The notes below the pieces were generated by a model. The model was not told the DNA's origin. It worked only from the letters and a program-made list of their open reading frames with translations, and did no database searches. The translations under genes were made by a program, and so were the position numbers. Below, one piece after another: positions 31,238-40,900 of a stretch of 64,000 nt of DNA. Source of the DNA: an uncultured Candidatus Rokubacteria bacterium (lineage in GTDB: Bacteria > Methylomirabilota > Methylomirabilia > Rokubacteriales > DASRDR01). The stretch's first letter is position 1, and each line of letters begins with the position of its first letter. The stretch is from contig CAWGVS010000005.1 in the NCBI GenBank assembly GCA_963826115.1, positions 928,001 through 992,000 on the forward strand, read 5' to 3'.

Positions 31238-34200
31238 GCGTGCTCCTCCCGGAGGATCTTCTTCAGGTACGTCACCGCCGGGCGCGTGCCGAGCTCGCCC
31301 AGGACGTGGTAACCGCGCGGCGACGTCGAGAGGTGGGAGACGCGGCTGTTCCCGTCCTTGAGGTCGCCGAACGTGATCGCCTGGGTGGGGCACGTCTGCT
31401 GGCAGGCGGTCAGGATCTCGCCGTCGCGCGGCTGGCGGCCCTCGTCCTTCGCCCGGTCGCGCCCGGCGACGATTCGCTGGACGCACATGGTGCACTTCTC
31501 CATGATGCCGCGGTCGCGGACCGCGACGTCCGGGTTCAGCTGGAGGTTCATCGGCGCCGGCCACTCGTAGCGGTACCAGTTGAACCGGCGGACCATGTAC
31601 GGGCAGTTGTTCCCGCAGTACCGGGTCCCGACGCAGCGGTTGTAGATCTGCGCGTTGAGCCCGTCGGCGGTGTGGTACGCCGCGAAGACCGGGCAGACGG
31701 GCTCGCAGGGCGCCACCTCGCAGTGCTGGCAGAGCATCGGGAGGAATCGCGCGCTGGGCTGCCGGGGCGGCGGCGCCTCGGCGGCGTGGGCGGTCCCGAC
31801 CAATCCCGACCCCGCGTGCCCGGCCGGCGCCTCGTGGCCTCCGCGGTCCCACCACCGCTCGACGCGAAGCCACTGGATGCTCCGGCCGTAGTCGATGTCG
31901 CCCTTGCCCACCGAGGGGACGTTGTTCTCGGCCTGGCACGCGACGACGCACGCCTGGCAGCCGGTGCACGCATCGAGGTCGATGGCCATGCCCCAGCGGT
32001 TCTGGGGGTACTTGAGGTCGGGGTACATCGACGGGAGGTTCGCGTGCTCCGGCGCCTTGCCGCCGCGCTCGAGCTTCACCGCCTCCGAGAGCCCCACCGT
32101 CTCGAAGATCTCGCGCGAGTGGTCGATCTCGGTCACGCCAGCGGGCGAGGCGAGCTTCTCGCGGCGGCCCGTCTTCTGGAGCTTGACGCGCACGCCGAGC
32201 CACCGGGGCCCGCCCGACGACGCGGTCGCGTCCCCCGGCAGGAGTCCGTACGGGCTCTGACCGACGCCTCGCGCGAAGCGCCCGTACGCCGTGTGACCGA
32301 GCCCGGTCGGCATCGCCACCGTCCCGGGGGCCAGCGTGTCGGACACGTACGCCGGGGCCTCCACCGCCCCGTGGGGCGACTCCACCTTCAGCACGTCCCC
32401 GTTCTGGACACCGAGGGACTGCGCCGTGGCCGCCGGGACCTCGACCCAGCTCGCGTAGACCACCTGGGTCATCGGGTCGGGCGCCTCGTGGAGCCACACC
32501 TTGTTCGCGCCGCGCCCGTCGAGGTAGCGCGAGGACGGCACGACGAGGAGGACGGGATCGCCGGCGCCGCCGTCGAGCGTCGCCGCCTGGCCCGACACCT
32601 TCACGCCCGAACGGAGCGCGACCTTCGCGGCCGGCACGTCCGTCCAGTACCCGCCACGGCGCAGCGCCGCCTCCCAGAACTCGTCCCACCCCGTCTTCGG
32701 GGCTGCGGTCTTGGCCATCGCGCGCCACGCGTCGCGGAGGTAGTCGGCGAACGTCTTCGCCTGGAAGACCGTCTTCTCCGAGCCGGGGACCAGGGCGCGG
32801 CCCACGTCGAGGAGGAGGTCGCCGGTCGCCTTGGTGTCGACCCCGGGGAACGTCTCGGGCGCCTTCTTGCCCAGCGCATCGCGGACCGCGTGGAGCTGCG
32901 GGAGGTCGAGGGCGTCGAGGTTCGTCGGTCCGACCTTCGGCACCGGCCCCATCGACGGCTGGATGAGCCCGACGACGCCGTCGCGCGGCGAGTAGTCGCC
33001 CCACGACTCGAGCGGGGTGAGGTCGGGGATGACGAGGTGCGCCCGGGCGGTGGTCTCGTCCATGTGGCTCGACAGGCTCACGACGAACGGGACCTTCGCG
33101 AGCGCCTCCGCGAAACCGGCCTTCGCCGGCAGCGTGAAGGCGGGGTTCGCGTCCTTCACGATGAGGACGGCGATCTCGCCCCGCGCCATGGCCTGCGTGA
33201 GCGCGACCACGTCCGCGTACCGGCTGGCCCGGGCCAGGGTCGATCCCGGCCCGAAGCGGACCGTCCGTCCCACGTTCCCGAGCGCGTAGTTCAGGAGATT
33301 CACCGCCACTGCCGCCTCGGCGCCGCTCCCGCCGCTCGACGCGACTCCGCCCGCGAGGACGAGGCTCGGCGCGCCCTTGACCAGCGTCTCGGCGAGGTGC
33401 TTCAGCTTGGCTGCCGGCACGCCGCTCTGCTTGGCGACGGCCTCCACCTCGACGGAGCGGGCGGCCGCGGTCAGGGCCTCGAGCTCCTTCGCCGGGAGCG
33501 CCGGCACCTGACGCGCCTCCAGGACCAGCCGGAGGAGGGCGAGCGCGATCGCCGCCTCGCTGCCCGGGAGGCTCATCACCCACTCGTCCGCGTTGGCCGC
33601 CGTCATCGAGTACCGCGGCTCGACGTGGATGACGCGCGCGGCGTGCTCGTCGCGAAGGGCGTGCGCCCGCCGGAACGCGCCCGCGTAGCCGACCGGCGAG
33701 ATCCACGTCTCGAGGAAGTCCGCGCCCAGGGACAGGATCGTCTTCGCGTCCTCGAAGGCGTGGTACGGGATGGCGTCGACGCCGAAGACCGTCTGGCTCG
33801 CCGCTCGGAGGTCCTCGTGGGCGAAGGTCTCGTAGGCGACGCGCGGCCGCCCGCCCACCGTCTTGAGCCACTCGTCGGCCAGGCGCCCGAGGCTGCCCGT
33901 CTCGAGCCGCGTGATCATCGCCACCCGGCCCGCGCCGGCCTGCTTCGCCGCCGCGAGCTTGTCGACGAGGAGCTTCTGCGCGTCGGCGACCGCCAGCGCC
34001 TTCCAGGCCTCGCCCTCGCGGACCCGCGGCGCCGGGATGCGATCGGGGTCGTAGGTCGAGAGGAGGCTCGCCTGCCCCGAGGCGCAGAGGGCGCCCCGGT
34101 TCACGGGATGCTCCGGGTTGCCCTCGAGCTTGACGATGCGGCCCTCGCGGCTCTTCGCCAGGACGCCGCAGCCCGCCGGGCACTCCCGGCAGACCGTCGC

Positions 34201-34371
34201 GAACCAGGTCGCCACGCCGGGCACCAGGTGCTCGGGCGGGATGACGTACGGCAGGATCGCCTCGGTCGTCTTGCCGCAGCCCGCCGCGGCGGCGGCCGCG
34301 CCGCTCACCCCGACGATCCGGAAGAAGCCCCGGCGGTCCATCCCGTCTCCCCCGCGCCGTCCGTCCGCCAT
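31234..34371 (-). CDS. actB: Alternative complex III subunit ActB (molybdopterin-oxidoreductase-like plus Fe-S domain)
   Basis: Tat MDRRGFF and AAAG-C; KLEGNPEHP; LESWGD; CTGCQACVVAC, CQHC..PCEPVCP, RCVGTRYCGNNCPY, EKCTMCVQR, ACQQTCP. Confidence 0.9.
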   Translation of the reverse strand: MADGRRGGDGMDRRGFFRIVGVSGAAAAAAGCGKTTEAILPYVIPPEHLVPGVATWFATVCRECPAGCGVLAKSREGRIVKLEGNPEHPVNRGALCASGQASLLSTYDPDRIPAPRVREGEAWKALAVADAQKLLVDKLAAAKQAGAGRVAMITRLETGSLGRLADEWLKTVGGRPRVAYETFAHEDLRAASQTVFGVDAIPYHAFEDAKTILSLGADFLETWISPVGYAGAFRRAHALRDEHAARVIHVEPRYSMTAANADEWVMSLPGSEAAIALALLRLVLEARQVPALPAKELEALTAAARSVEVEAVAKQSGVPAAKLKHLAETLVKGAPSLVLAGGVASSGGSGAEAAVAVNLLNYALGNVGRTVRFGPGSTLARASRYADVVALTQAMARGEIAVLIVKDANPAFTLPAKAGFAEALAKVPFVVSLSSHMDETTARAHLVIPDLTPLESWGDYSPRDGVVGLIQPSMGPVPKVGPTNLDALDLPQLHAVRDALGKKAPETFPGVDTKATGDLLLDVGRALVPGSEKTVFQAKTFADYLRDAWRAMAKTAAPKTGWDEFWEAALRRGGYWTDVPAAKVALRSGVKVSGQAATLDGGAGDPVLLVVPSSRYLDGRGANKVWLHEAPDPMTQVVYASWVEVPAATAQSLGVQNGDVLKVESPHGAVEAPAYVSDTLAPGTVAMPTGLGHTAYGRFARGVGQSPYGLLPGDATASSGGPRWLGVRVKLQKTGRREKLASPAGVTEIDHSREIFETVGLSEAVKLERGGKAPEHANLPSMYPDLKYPQNRWGMAIDLDACTGCQACVVACQAENNVPSVGKGDIDYGRSIQWLRVERWWDRGGHEAPAGHAGSGLVGTAHAAEAPPPRQPSARFLPMLCQHCEVAPCEPVCPVFAAYHTADGLNAQIYNRCVGTRYCGNNCPYMVRRFNWYRYEWPAPMNLQLNPDVAVRDRGIMEKCTMCVQRIVAGRDRAKDEGRQPRDGEILTACQQTCPTQAITFGDLKDGNSRVSHLSTSPRGYHVLGELGTRPAVTYLKKILREEHA

Positions 34372-34382
34372 CCCCTGCTCCG

Positions 34383-34919
34383 TCAGTGGTGGCACGTCAC
34401 GCACTCGAGCGGGCCCTTGCGCTCGGCGTGGCACGACACGCACCAGCCCATCGTGAGGGGAGCCACCTGCGCGACCTCGGTCATCCCCTGCACCTCGCCG
34501 TGGCACTGCTGGCACGCCAGGCCCGTCTGCACGTGGCGCTTGTGGGGAAAGTACACGAAGCCGGCGACCTTGTGAACGCGCACCCACTCCACGGGCTTGC
34601 CGTCCTTCCAGAGGGCGCGCAGCTTCTCGACCTCCTTCTGGAGCTCCGCGTCCTTGGAGGCGACGATCTGGTGGCAGCCCATGCACCGCTTCACCGACGG
34701 GATCCCGGCGAAGGTCGAGCGCCGGGCGTCCGCGTGGCAGTACTGGCAGTCGATCTTGAAGTCCCCGGCGTGGATCTTGTGGCTGAAGAGGATCGGCTGC
34801 TTGACGGGCGCCGCGATGGGCGCCTGCGCCTCGGCGGGCGCGAAGGCGATGGCTTGCAGGAGCGTCGCGGCGATGGAGACGGTCAGGCCGGCGAGCACTT
34901 CTCGCACGCGGACCTGCAT
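34383..34919 (-). CDS. actA: Alternative complex III pentaheme cytochrome c ActA
   Basis: Five CxxCH motifs (CQYCH, CMGCH, CQQCH, CVSCH, CVTCH); QPILFSHKIHAG; LTMGWC. Confidence 0.9.
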   Translation of the reverse strand: MQVRVREVLAGLTVSIAATLLQAIAFAPAEAQAPIAAPVKQPILFSHKIHAGDFKIDCQYCHADARRSTFAGIPSVKRCMGCHQIVASKDAELQKEVEKLRALWKDGKPVEWVRVHKVAGFVYFPHKRHVQTGLACQQCHGEVQGMTEVAQVAPLTMGWCVSCHAERKGPLECVTCHH

Positions 34920-35017
34920 CCGCCCCGTCCTCGTCTGGCTCGGCCTCAGCCGGTAACGCCCGCGCCCGGTCAGGGCGGGCTAAGAAGGCAAGTACGCTCT
35001 TTCACAAGGGCACGCGG

Positions 35018-35046
35018 ATGATAGCAGCGGCCTCCGGACCCGTCAA
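35018..35046 (-). promoter_or_regulatory. sigma70 promoter of the act operon
   Basis: TTGACG-N17-TATCAT with TG extension. Confidence 0.65.
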
Positions 35047-35546
35047 CGGCTTTCTGCCCGGGCGGTCGCCTCGCCCACGACGAGCGGGACCTCGACGAAG
35101 TCCTGGCGGTCCGCGCTGAACCGGTGGGCGCGCGTCTCCGCCACGCGGCCCTCGGTCACCGCGACCACGACGTAGGTCGCCTGCGGGTACGCGGGCGCGC
35201 CGTCGACCATCGCGTTCCGGCGGTCGGTCTCGGAGAAGTACGCGCCGACGTCGACGTGCGAGTGATAGATCGCCCGCACGTCGAAGCCCTCGCCTTCCCG
35301 CCGGCCGATCTCGAGGAGATCCGCGTGAGCGATGTAGTACGCGGTGCGCGAGGTCCGCGGGAAGCGCTCGGGGTCCTTCGCGTGCAGCTCGTCCTGGATG
35401 TTCCGGCAGGCGAGGAGCCGCCGCTCGTCGGCCTGGCCCGAGGCGCCCGGCCGGACCAGCAGGACGCCGCAGCACTCCGCGGGGTAGTCCGCGCGGGCGT
35501 GCCGCTCGATCGTCTCGAGCTCGGCCGGGGTGAGGAGAGGCCTCAC
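35043..35546 (-). CDS. JAB/M67 family metallopeptidase (Mec-like)
   Basis: YPAECCG and YHSHVDVGAYFSETD (JAMM motif E...HxHx7SxxD). Confidence 0.9.
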   Translation of the reverse strand: MRPLLTPAELETIERHARADYPAECCGVLLVRPGASGQADERRLLACRNIQDELHAKDPERFPRTSRTAYYIAHADLLEIGRREGEGFDVRAIYHSHVDVGAYFSETDRRNAMVDGAPAYPQATYVVVAVTEGRVAETRAHRFSADRQDFVEVPLVVGEATARAESR

Positions 35547-35821
35547 GCGCCGCCCGCGAGGGCCGGGATGATCGACACCTCGTCCCCGGCCTTGAGCGGC
35601 GTGGCCGGGCCCTGCAGCGCGCCGATCTCCTCCCCGTTCACGTACAGGTTCACGTGGTGGTGCAGCTGCCCGGTCGCGTCGCGCACCAGGCCGCGGAGGC
35701 CCTCGAAGCGCTCCTCCAGGGTATCCAGGAGCTCCTTGACGTCGGCGGCGTCCACCTCGACGCGCGCCGCGTTCCCCGTTGCCCGCCGGAATGGTGTCGG
35801 GATGTACACGCTCACTGCCAT
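35543..35821 (-). CDS. MoaD/ThiS/CysO-type ubiquitin-like sulfur carrier ending GG-A
   Basis: VYIPTPFR...VNLYVNGEEI...GDEVSIIPALAGGA. Confidence 0.92.
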   Translation of the reverse strand: MAVSVYIPTPFRRATGNAARVEVDAADVKELLDTLEERFEGLRGLVRDATGQLHHHVNLYVNGEEIGALQGPATPLKAGDEVSIIPALAGGA

Positions 35822-35843
35822 GGCTCTGTCTCCTCCGGGTTCC

Positions 35844-36782
35844 CTAGCGTTCCGCGCCCTCGAGCGGGACGCTCAGGTACCGCTCGCCGGTGTCGCAGAG
35901 GACCGTCACGACCGTCCGCCCGGCGCCGAGCCGCTCGGCGACGCCGAGGGCCGCCCACACGTTCGCGCCGGCCGAGACGCCCACGAGGAGCCCCTCCTCG
36001 CGCGCCAGCCGGAGCGACATGGCCATCGCATCCTCGTCCTTCACCTGGACGATCTCGTCGACCACCGAGCGGTTGAAGATCCCGGGCACGAACGAGGCGC
36101 CGATGCCCTGGATCCCGTGGACGCCGAACTTCCCGCCCGAGAGCACGGGCGAGCGGGCCGGCTCCACCGCGACGATGCGGATCCGCGGAATCCGCTCGCG
36201 CAGGACCTCCCCGACCCCGGTGATCGTCCCGCCGGTGCCGACGCCCGCCACGAAGCCGTCCACCTTCCCGCCGGTGGCCTCCAGGATCTCGAGGGCCGTC
36301 GTGCGGCGGTGGGCGTCCGGGTTCGCCGGGTTCTCGAACTGCTGCAGCATCACGTAGTCGGGGTGCGTCCGGCAGAGCTCCTGCGCCGCGAAGACCGCCC
36401 CCGTCATCCCCTCGATCGCCGGCGTGAGGACGAGCTCCGCGCCGAGCCGCGCCAGGAGGCGCCGCCGCTCGAGGCTCATGTCCTCGGGCATCGTCAGGAT
36501 GAGGCGGTACCCCTTGACCGCCGAGACCAGCGCCAGGCCGATCCCGGTGTTCCCGCTGGTCGGCTCGACGAGGGTCGACCCGGCCCGGAGGACCCCGCGG
36601 CGCTCCGCGTCCTCGATCATGGCCCGTGCGATCCGGTCCTTGACGCTGCCGCCGGGGTTCTGGGACTCGACCTTGGCCAGGACCGTGGCGCTTCCCGCCG
36701 CGGGGACCCGGTTCAGCCGGACCAGCGGCGTGTTGCCGATCAGATCGAGCACGCTCTCCGCCACCCGCGATCGCCCGGCCAT
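35844..36782 (-). CDS. cysK: Cysteine synthase
   Basis: IGNTPLVRL, NPGGSVKDR, EPTSGNTG, QQFENPANP, GVGTGGT, IQGIG. Confidence 0.95.
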   Translation of the reverse strand: MAGRSRVAESVLDLIGNTPLVRLNRVPAAGSATVLAKVESQNPGGSVKDRIARAMIEDAERRGVLRAGSTLVEPTSGNTGIGLALVSAVKGYRLILTMPEDMSLERRRLLARLGAELVLTPAIEGMTGAVFAAQELCRTHPDYVMLQQFENPANPDAHRRTTALEILEATGGKVDGFVAGVGTGGTITGVGEVLRERIPRIRIVAVEPARSPVLSGGKFGVHGIQGIGASFVPGIFNRSVVDEIVQVKDEDAMAMSLRLAREEGLLVGVSAGANVWAALGVAERLGAGRTVVTVLCDTGERYLSVPLEGAER

Positions 36783-36807
36783 GCGCGTCCCCCCGCGGCT
36801 CACCGAC

Positions 36808-37254
36808 TCAGATGTGATAGATCGTGCGTCCGGGCGAGCGGCGCGCCTTGACCTGCTCCGCGAGGTCGCCGAACGTCGTGCGGTCGATCACCGCGGCCAC
36901 CGCCCCCGCGATCTCCCGCCAGAGCGGCGCCAGGTCGGACGCGCCCGCGTCGCTCGTCTTGCTCGGATGACGGCCCGCGACGTCCAGCGCGGTGACGCGC
37001 CCCTCGACGGCCCGCAGGACCTCCCCCACCGAGATCCCCGCCGGCGGCCGCACCAGCTGGTATCCGCCCGCGGAGCCGCGCTTGGACTCGAGCAGGCCCG
37101 CGCGCTTCAGGAGGAGGAGGACCTGCTCCAGGTAGCGCTGGGGGATGCCCTGGCGGCGGGCCACCTCCTGGATGGGTACGAGGCCCTCGCCGTGGTGGAC
37201 GGCGAGGTCGAGGAGGGCCCGGATCGCGTACTCACCCTTCGCCGAAATTCGCAT
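36808..37254 (-). CDS. Rrf2 family regulator (CymR-like, no Fe-S cysteines)
   Basis: MRISAKGEYAIRAL, YLEQVL, SKRGSAGGY; no Cys; directly upstream of cysK. Confidence 0.9.
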   Translation of the reverse strand: MRISAKGEYAIRALLDLAVHHGEGLVPIQEVARRQGIPQRYLEQVLLLLKRAGLLESKRGSAGGYQLVRPPAGISVGEVLRAVEGRVTALDVAGRHPSKTSDAGASDLAPLWREIAGAVAAVIDRTTFGDLAEQVKARRSPGRTIYHI

Positions 37255-37342
37255 ATCCGGTCAAGAATGGAGTGTACCGACCGGATCTGGGGAGCGTCAA
37301 GGACGGGGCGGACGTCTCCGGCCGCCGTCGCGGCGAGGCCCG

Positions 37343-38221
37343 TCAGTCGTTCCGGAGGCGGGGGTTCAGCATGTCCTGGAGGCCGTCACCCAGGAAGTTG
37401 AACCCGAGGACGACCGACAGGATCGCGAGTCCCGGAAAGGTCGCCGCCCACCAGTACTCGAACTTGCTCTGGCCGGCCGCGATCATCGCGCCCCACTCCG
37501 GGGCGGGCGGGATCGCGCCGAGCCCGATGAACGACAGGGCGGCGGTCAGGACGATCGCGTTCCCGATGTCGAGGGTCCCCTTGACCACGATCGGCGGGAA
37601 CGCGTTCGGGAGGATGTGGGTCAGGACGACGCGCGACCCTGTCGCTCCGAGCGCCCGCGCCGCGACCACGTAGTCGTTCTCCTTGATCGACAGGACTTGT
37701 GCGCGCATCAGACGGCTGAACTCCGGCCACGAGACCAGGAGGATGGCGAACATCGCGTTGCGGAGCCCGGCACCGAGGCTCGCCGTGATCGCCATGGCCA
37801 GCACGATCGGCGGGAATGCCAGGACGACGTCCACGACGCGCATGAGGACCTCGTCGACGCGGCCGCCGGCGTAGCCGGCGACCGCCCCGACACTCGCGCC
37901 GAAGAGACTCGCCAGCACGATCACCACGAAGGCGACTGGGATCGTGACCCGCGCCCCGTACAGGACCCGGGAGAAATTGTCCCGGCCCGCCTCATCGGTG
38001 CCGAACAGGTGGCCCGCCTGGGGAGGCTCCAGCCGGCTCATGACGTCGAGATCCGTCGGACTGTGCGGGGCGAGCCACGGCACGAACGCCGCCACGAATG
38101 CCCACAGGCCGACGACGATGACGCCCACGATGAGCGCCGTGTTCCGGCGTCTGCGCGTCCGGGGCGCCTCGCGGGCGAGGAGGAGGAGCTGGGAGTCGGC
38201 GACCGGCTGGGCGGCAGGCAT
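37343..38221 (-). CDS. Peptide/nickel ABC transporter permease (DppC-like)
   Basis: HLFGTDEAGRD, HILPN, LSFIGLG, PEWGAMI, NFLGDGLQD. Confidence 0.93.
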   Translation of the reverse strand: MPAAQPVADSQLLLLAREAPRTRRRRNTALIVGVIVVGLWAFVAAFVPWLAPHSPTDLDVMSRLEPPQAGHLFGTDEAGRDNFSRVLYGARVTIPVAFVVIVLASLFGASVGAVAGYAGGRVDEVLMRVVDVVLAFPPIVLAMAITASLGAGLRNAMFAILLVSWPEFSRLMRAQVLSIKENDYVVAARALGATGSRVVLTHILPNAFPPIVVKGTLDIGNAIVLTAALSFIGLGAIPPAPEWGAMIAAGQSKFEYWWAATFPGLAILSVVLGFNFLGDGLQDMLNPRLRND

Positions 38222-38230
38222 CCCGGTCGT

Positions 38231-39247
38231 CTATCGAACCCGGATGCGGGGATCCAGCACCCCGTAGATCAGGTCGACGATGAGATTGACGACGATGTAG
38301 ATCACGGCGGTCAGCATCGTCACGCCCAGGATCGCCGGATAGTCGAGTCGCGTCGAGGCGGTCACGGCGTAGCGTCCGATCCCCGGCCACGCGAAGACCG
38401 TCTCGGTCAGCACGGCCCCCGACAGCAGGCTCGCGAAGGTCAGGCCGATCACGGTCACCACCGGGATCAGGGCATTCCGCAGAGCGTGGAATCCGACCAC
38501 GAAGCCTTCTCGGAGCCCCTTCGACCGAGCGGTGCGAACGTAATCGGCCGCCAGCACCTCGAGCAAGGAGGATCGGGTGGTCCGGGCGATCAGCCCCATG
38601 ATGAACCATCCGAGCACGAGGGCCGGAAGGACGAGGTGGCGGACGGCCGCACCGAACAGCTCCCAGTCCCCGATGACGAGGCTGTCCACGAGCAGGAACC
38701 CGGTGGTGCGGGGCGGCATCGTTTGGTGACTGTCGAGTCGCCCGGGTCCCGGCGCGAGCTCGAGCCGGTAGTAGAAGACGTACAGGGCGATCAGGCCCGT
38801 CCAGAAGATTGGCGATGCGGATCCCACCAGGGACACGGCGCGGGCGACGTGGTCGGCCAGGTGGTTGTGGCGCACGGCGGCCCACACCCCCAGCGGCACG
38901 CCGACGCAGATCGCCACGGCGAGGGCGGCAAACGAGAGCTCGATGGTCGCCGGAAGGAACTGCCTCAAGTCCTGAAGGACCGGGCGGCGCGTCGTGAAGG
39001 ACTCCCCGAGATCCCCGTGCAGCACGTTGGTCAGGTAGGTGACGAACTGCTCGGGCAAGGACCGATCGAGGCCCCAGCGCTTGATGAACGCGGCGCGGAT
39101 CGTGGGGTCCTTCGTGGCCTGTTCCGAGAGCACCATGGCGAGCGGGTCGGCGGGCACGCTGTGGGCGACGAGAAACGCGGTGAGGATGACGCCGAACAGG
39201 GCGATGACGGCGAGGATCAGCCGGCGCCCGAGATAGGTCAGCAGCAT
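38231..39247 (-). CDS. Peptide/nickel ABC transporter permease (DppB-like)
   Basis: GDLGES, LPATIEL, DYVRTARSKGL, ETVFAWPGIG, LDPRIR. Confidence 0.93.
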   Translation of the reverse strand: MLLTYLGRRLILAVIALFGVILTAFLVAHSVPADPLAMVLSEQATKDPTIRAAFIKRWGLDRSLPEQFVTYLTNVLHGDLGESFTTRRPVLQDLRQFLPATIELSFAALAVAICVGVPLGVWAAVRHNHLADHVARAVSLVGSASPIFWTGLIALYVFYYRLELAPGPGRLDSHQTMPPRTTGFLLVDSLVIGDWELFGAAVRHLVLPALVLGWFIMGLIARTTRSSLLEVLAADYVRTARSKGLREGFVVGFHALRNALIPVVTVIGLTFASLLSGAVLTETVFAWPGIGRYAVTASTRLDYPAILGVTMLTAVIYIVVNLIVDLIYGVLDPRIRVR

Positions 39248-39251
39248 GGCA

Positions 39252-39298
39252 GCGGCTTGCCGGGGGCGCCCCCGGCGGCAGGACCCCCGGCAAGCCGC
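39252..39298. other. Strong stem-loop between binding-protein and permease genes
   Basis: GCGGCTTGCCGGGGG...CCCCCGGCAAGCCGC perfect 15-bp inverted repeat. Confidence 0.7.
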
Positions 39299-39310
39299 GT
39301 CACGTGGTCG

Positions 39311-40900
39311 TTACCGGCTCAGGTTCGCGACGGTGACCCACCAGATCGGGTGGATGGCGTAGCCCTTGATCGCGGGATTCACCCCGACGAAGTTCTTGGG
39401 CTGGATCAGCATGATCTCCGGAACGTCCTCGAGCGCGATCTTGTTCATCTCCATGTACAGCGCCTCGCGCTTCTTGACGTCCTGCTCCTTCTTCGCGGTC
39501 GCGATGATGTCGTTGATCTTCGGGTTCGAGTACTTCACCCGCTTCGGCACCGGTCCGGCGCCGTAGAAGGCGTCAGCGTACGGGTCGGGGTCGAGGTAGT
39601 CCGGCGACCACGAGGCCAGCATGAGCTGGATCTTGCCGGCCCGGTACTCGGCGATCGCCACCGAGCGCTCCTTCGCGTCGAGCGTGACCTTGATGCCGGC
39701 CTGCGCCAGGTCGGCCTGGAGCTTGGCGGCCAGCGGCTCGGAGGGCACGCCGAGGAGCGGCGCGGTCCAGTACATGAGCTTCAGCTCGATGCCGTTCGGG
39801 TACCCGGCCTCGGTGAGAAGCTGCTTCGCCTTCGCCACGTCGCGCTTGCGCGCCAGCGTCTTGTCGCCGCCGAGGATCCCGAGCGGGATCATGGTCGAGG
39901 GCCGTTCCCCCGCGCCACGCACGATGCCCTTGATGATCCCATCGTAGTCGATCGCGTAGGCGACCGCCTGGCGGACCCGCTTGTCGCCGAGCTCCTTGCT
40001 CTGCTCGGCGCTGTTGGTCACGCCCAGGTACACCTGGTTCATCGACAGGCCCTCGAGCACCTTGATCTTCGGGCCCTGGGTGATCTTGTTCACGATGTCG
40101 ACGTCGAAGTCGTGGGCGATATCCGCGTCGCCCCGCTCGATCATCTCGCGCTGGGTCGTGCCGTTCGGGACGTGCTTGAAGATGATCTTCGCGAAGTAGG
40201 GCTTCTTGCCCCAGTAGTTCGGATTCCGCTCGAGCACCGCCTCGACGTTCTTCGTGAACGCCACCAGCTTGTACGGGCCGGAGCCCTCGGACTGGTTGTT
40301 CAGGTGCTCGGTGGCCTTGTCCTTGTCCTTCGCGTCGTCGGCGTCCGTGCCGCCCTTCGCCATGATCACCTTCGAGTCCGCGGTGCCGCACGGCACGGCC
40401 GCGAGCGCGGCGAGGAACGAGGCGTCGGGTGCCGCCAGGACGATCCGGATGGTCAGGTCGTCGACCACCTGGATGTCCTTGACCGGGTCCATGAAGAAGG
40501 ACGGGTTGTCCTTCAGGTTCTTGAGGCGGCGGAGCGAGAACCGCACGTCGTTCGCCGTCAGCGGGTTGCCGGAGGTGAACTTCACCCCGGGACGAATCTT
40601 GAACGTGTACGTCGTCCCGTCGGGCGACACGGTCCAGGAGCTCGCCAGCCGCGGCTGGATCTTCGTGAAGTCCGGCGCGTCCACCGTGACGAGCGTGTCG
40701 TATGCGGCGGTGTCCAGGATCTGCGAGGTGTACTCGTAGGTCCGGTGGACGTCGTTGGTGACGTAGTCGTCGATGTTCCGGGCGATGATGAGCGTCTCCT
40801 GCCGGCTTTGGGCCTGGACGGGACCGCCCAGGGCGACCAGGACCGCGAGGGCCGCGGCCCCGAGGGCCAGGACCTTCGTGATTGTTCGCGTGCTGCGCAT
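39311..40900 (-). CDS. Family 5 ABC substrate-binding protein (DppA-like)
   Basis: Signal peptide, YDTLV, LASSW..SPDG..YTFKIR.GVKF, GSGPYKL, VRQAVAYAID. Confidence 0.93.
   Translation of the reverse strand: MRSTRTITKVLALGAAALAVLVALGGPVQAQSRQETLIIARNIDDYVTNDVHRTYEYTSQILDTAAYDTLVTVDAPDFTKIQPRLASSWTVSPDGTTYTFKIRPGVKFTSGNPLTANDVRFSLRRLKNLKDNPSFFMDPVKDIQVVDDLTIRIVLAAPDASFLAALAAVPCGTADSKVIMAKGGTDADDAKDKDKATEHLNNQSEGSGPYKLVAFTKNVEAVLERNPNYWGKKPYFAKIIFKHVPNGTTQREMIERGDADIAHDFDVDIVNKITQGPKIKVLEGLSMNQVYLGVTNSAEQSKELGDKRVRQAVAYAIDYDGIIKGIVRGAGERPSTMIPLGILGGDKTLARKRDVAKAKQLLTEAGYPNGIELKLMYWTAPLLGVPSEPLAAKLQADLAQAGIKVTLDAKERSVAIAEYRAGKIQLMLASWSPDYLDPDPYADAFYGAGPVPKRVKYSNPKINDIIATAKKEQDVKKREALYMEMNKIALEDVPEIMLIQPKNFVGVNPAIKGYAIHPIWWVTVANLSR

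Noticed and set aside
29861-34183. 1440-aa ORF as an ActC fusion
   Set aside because: Only the last ~458 aa (from 31237) are NrfD-like; the rest is an off-frame overlap of actB.
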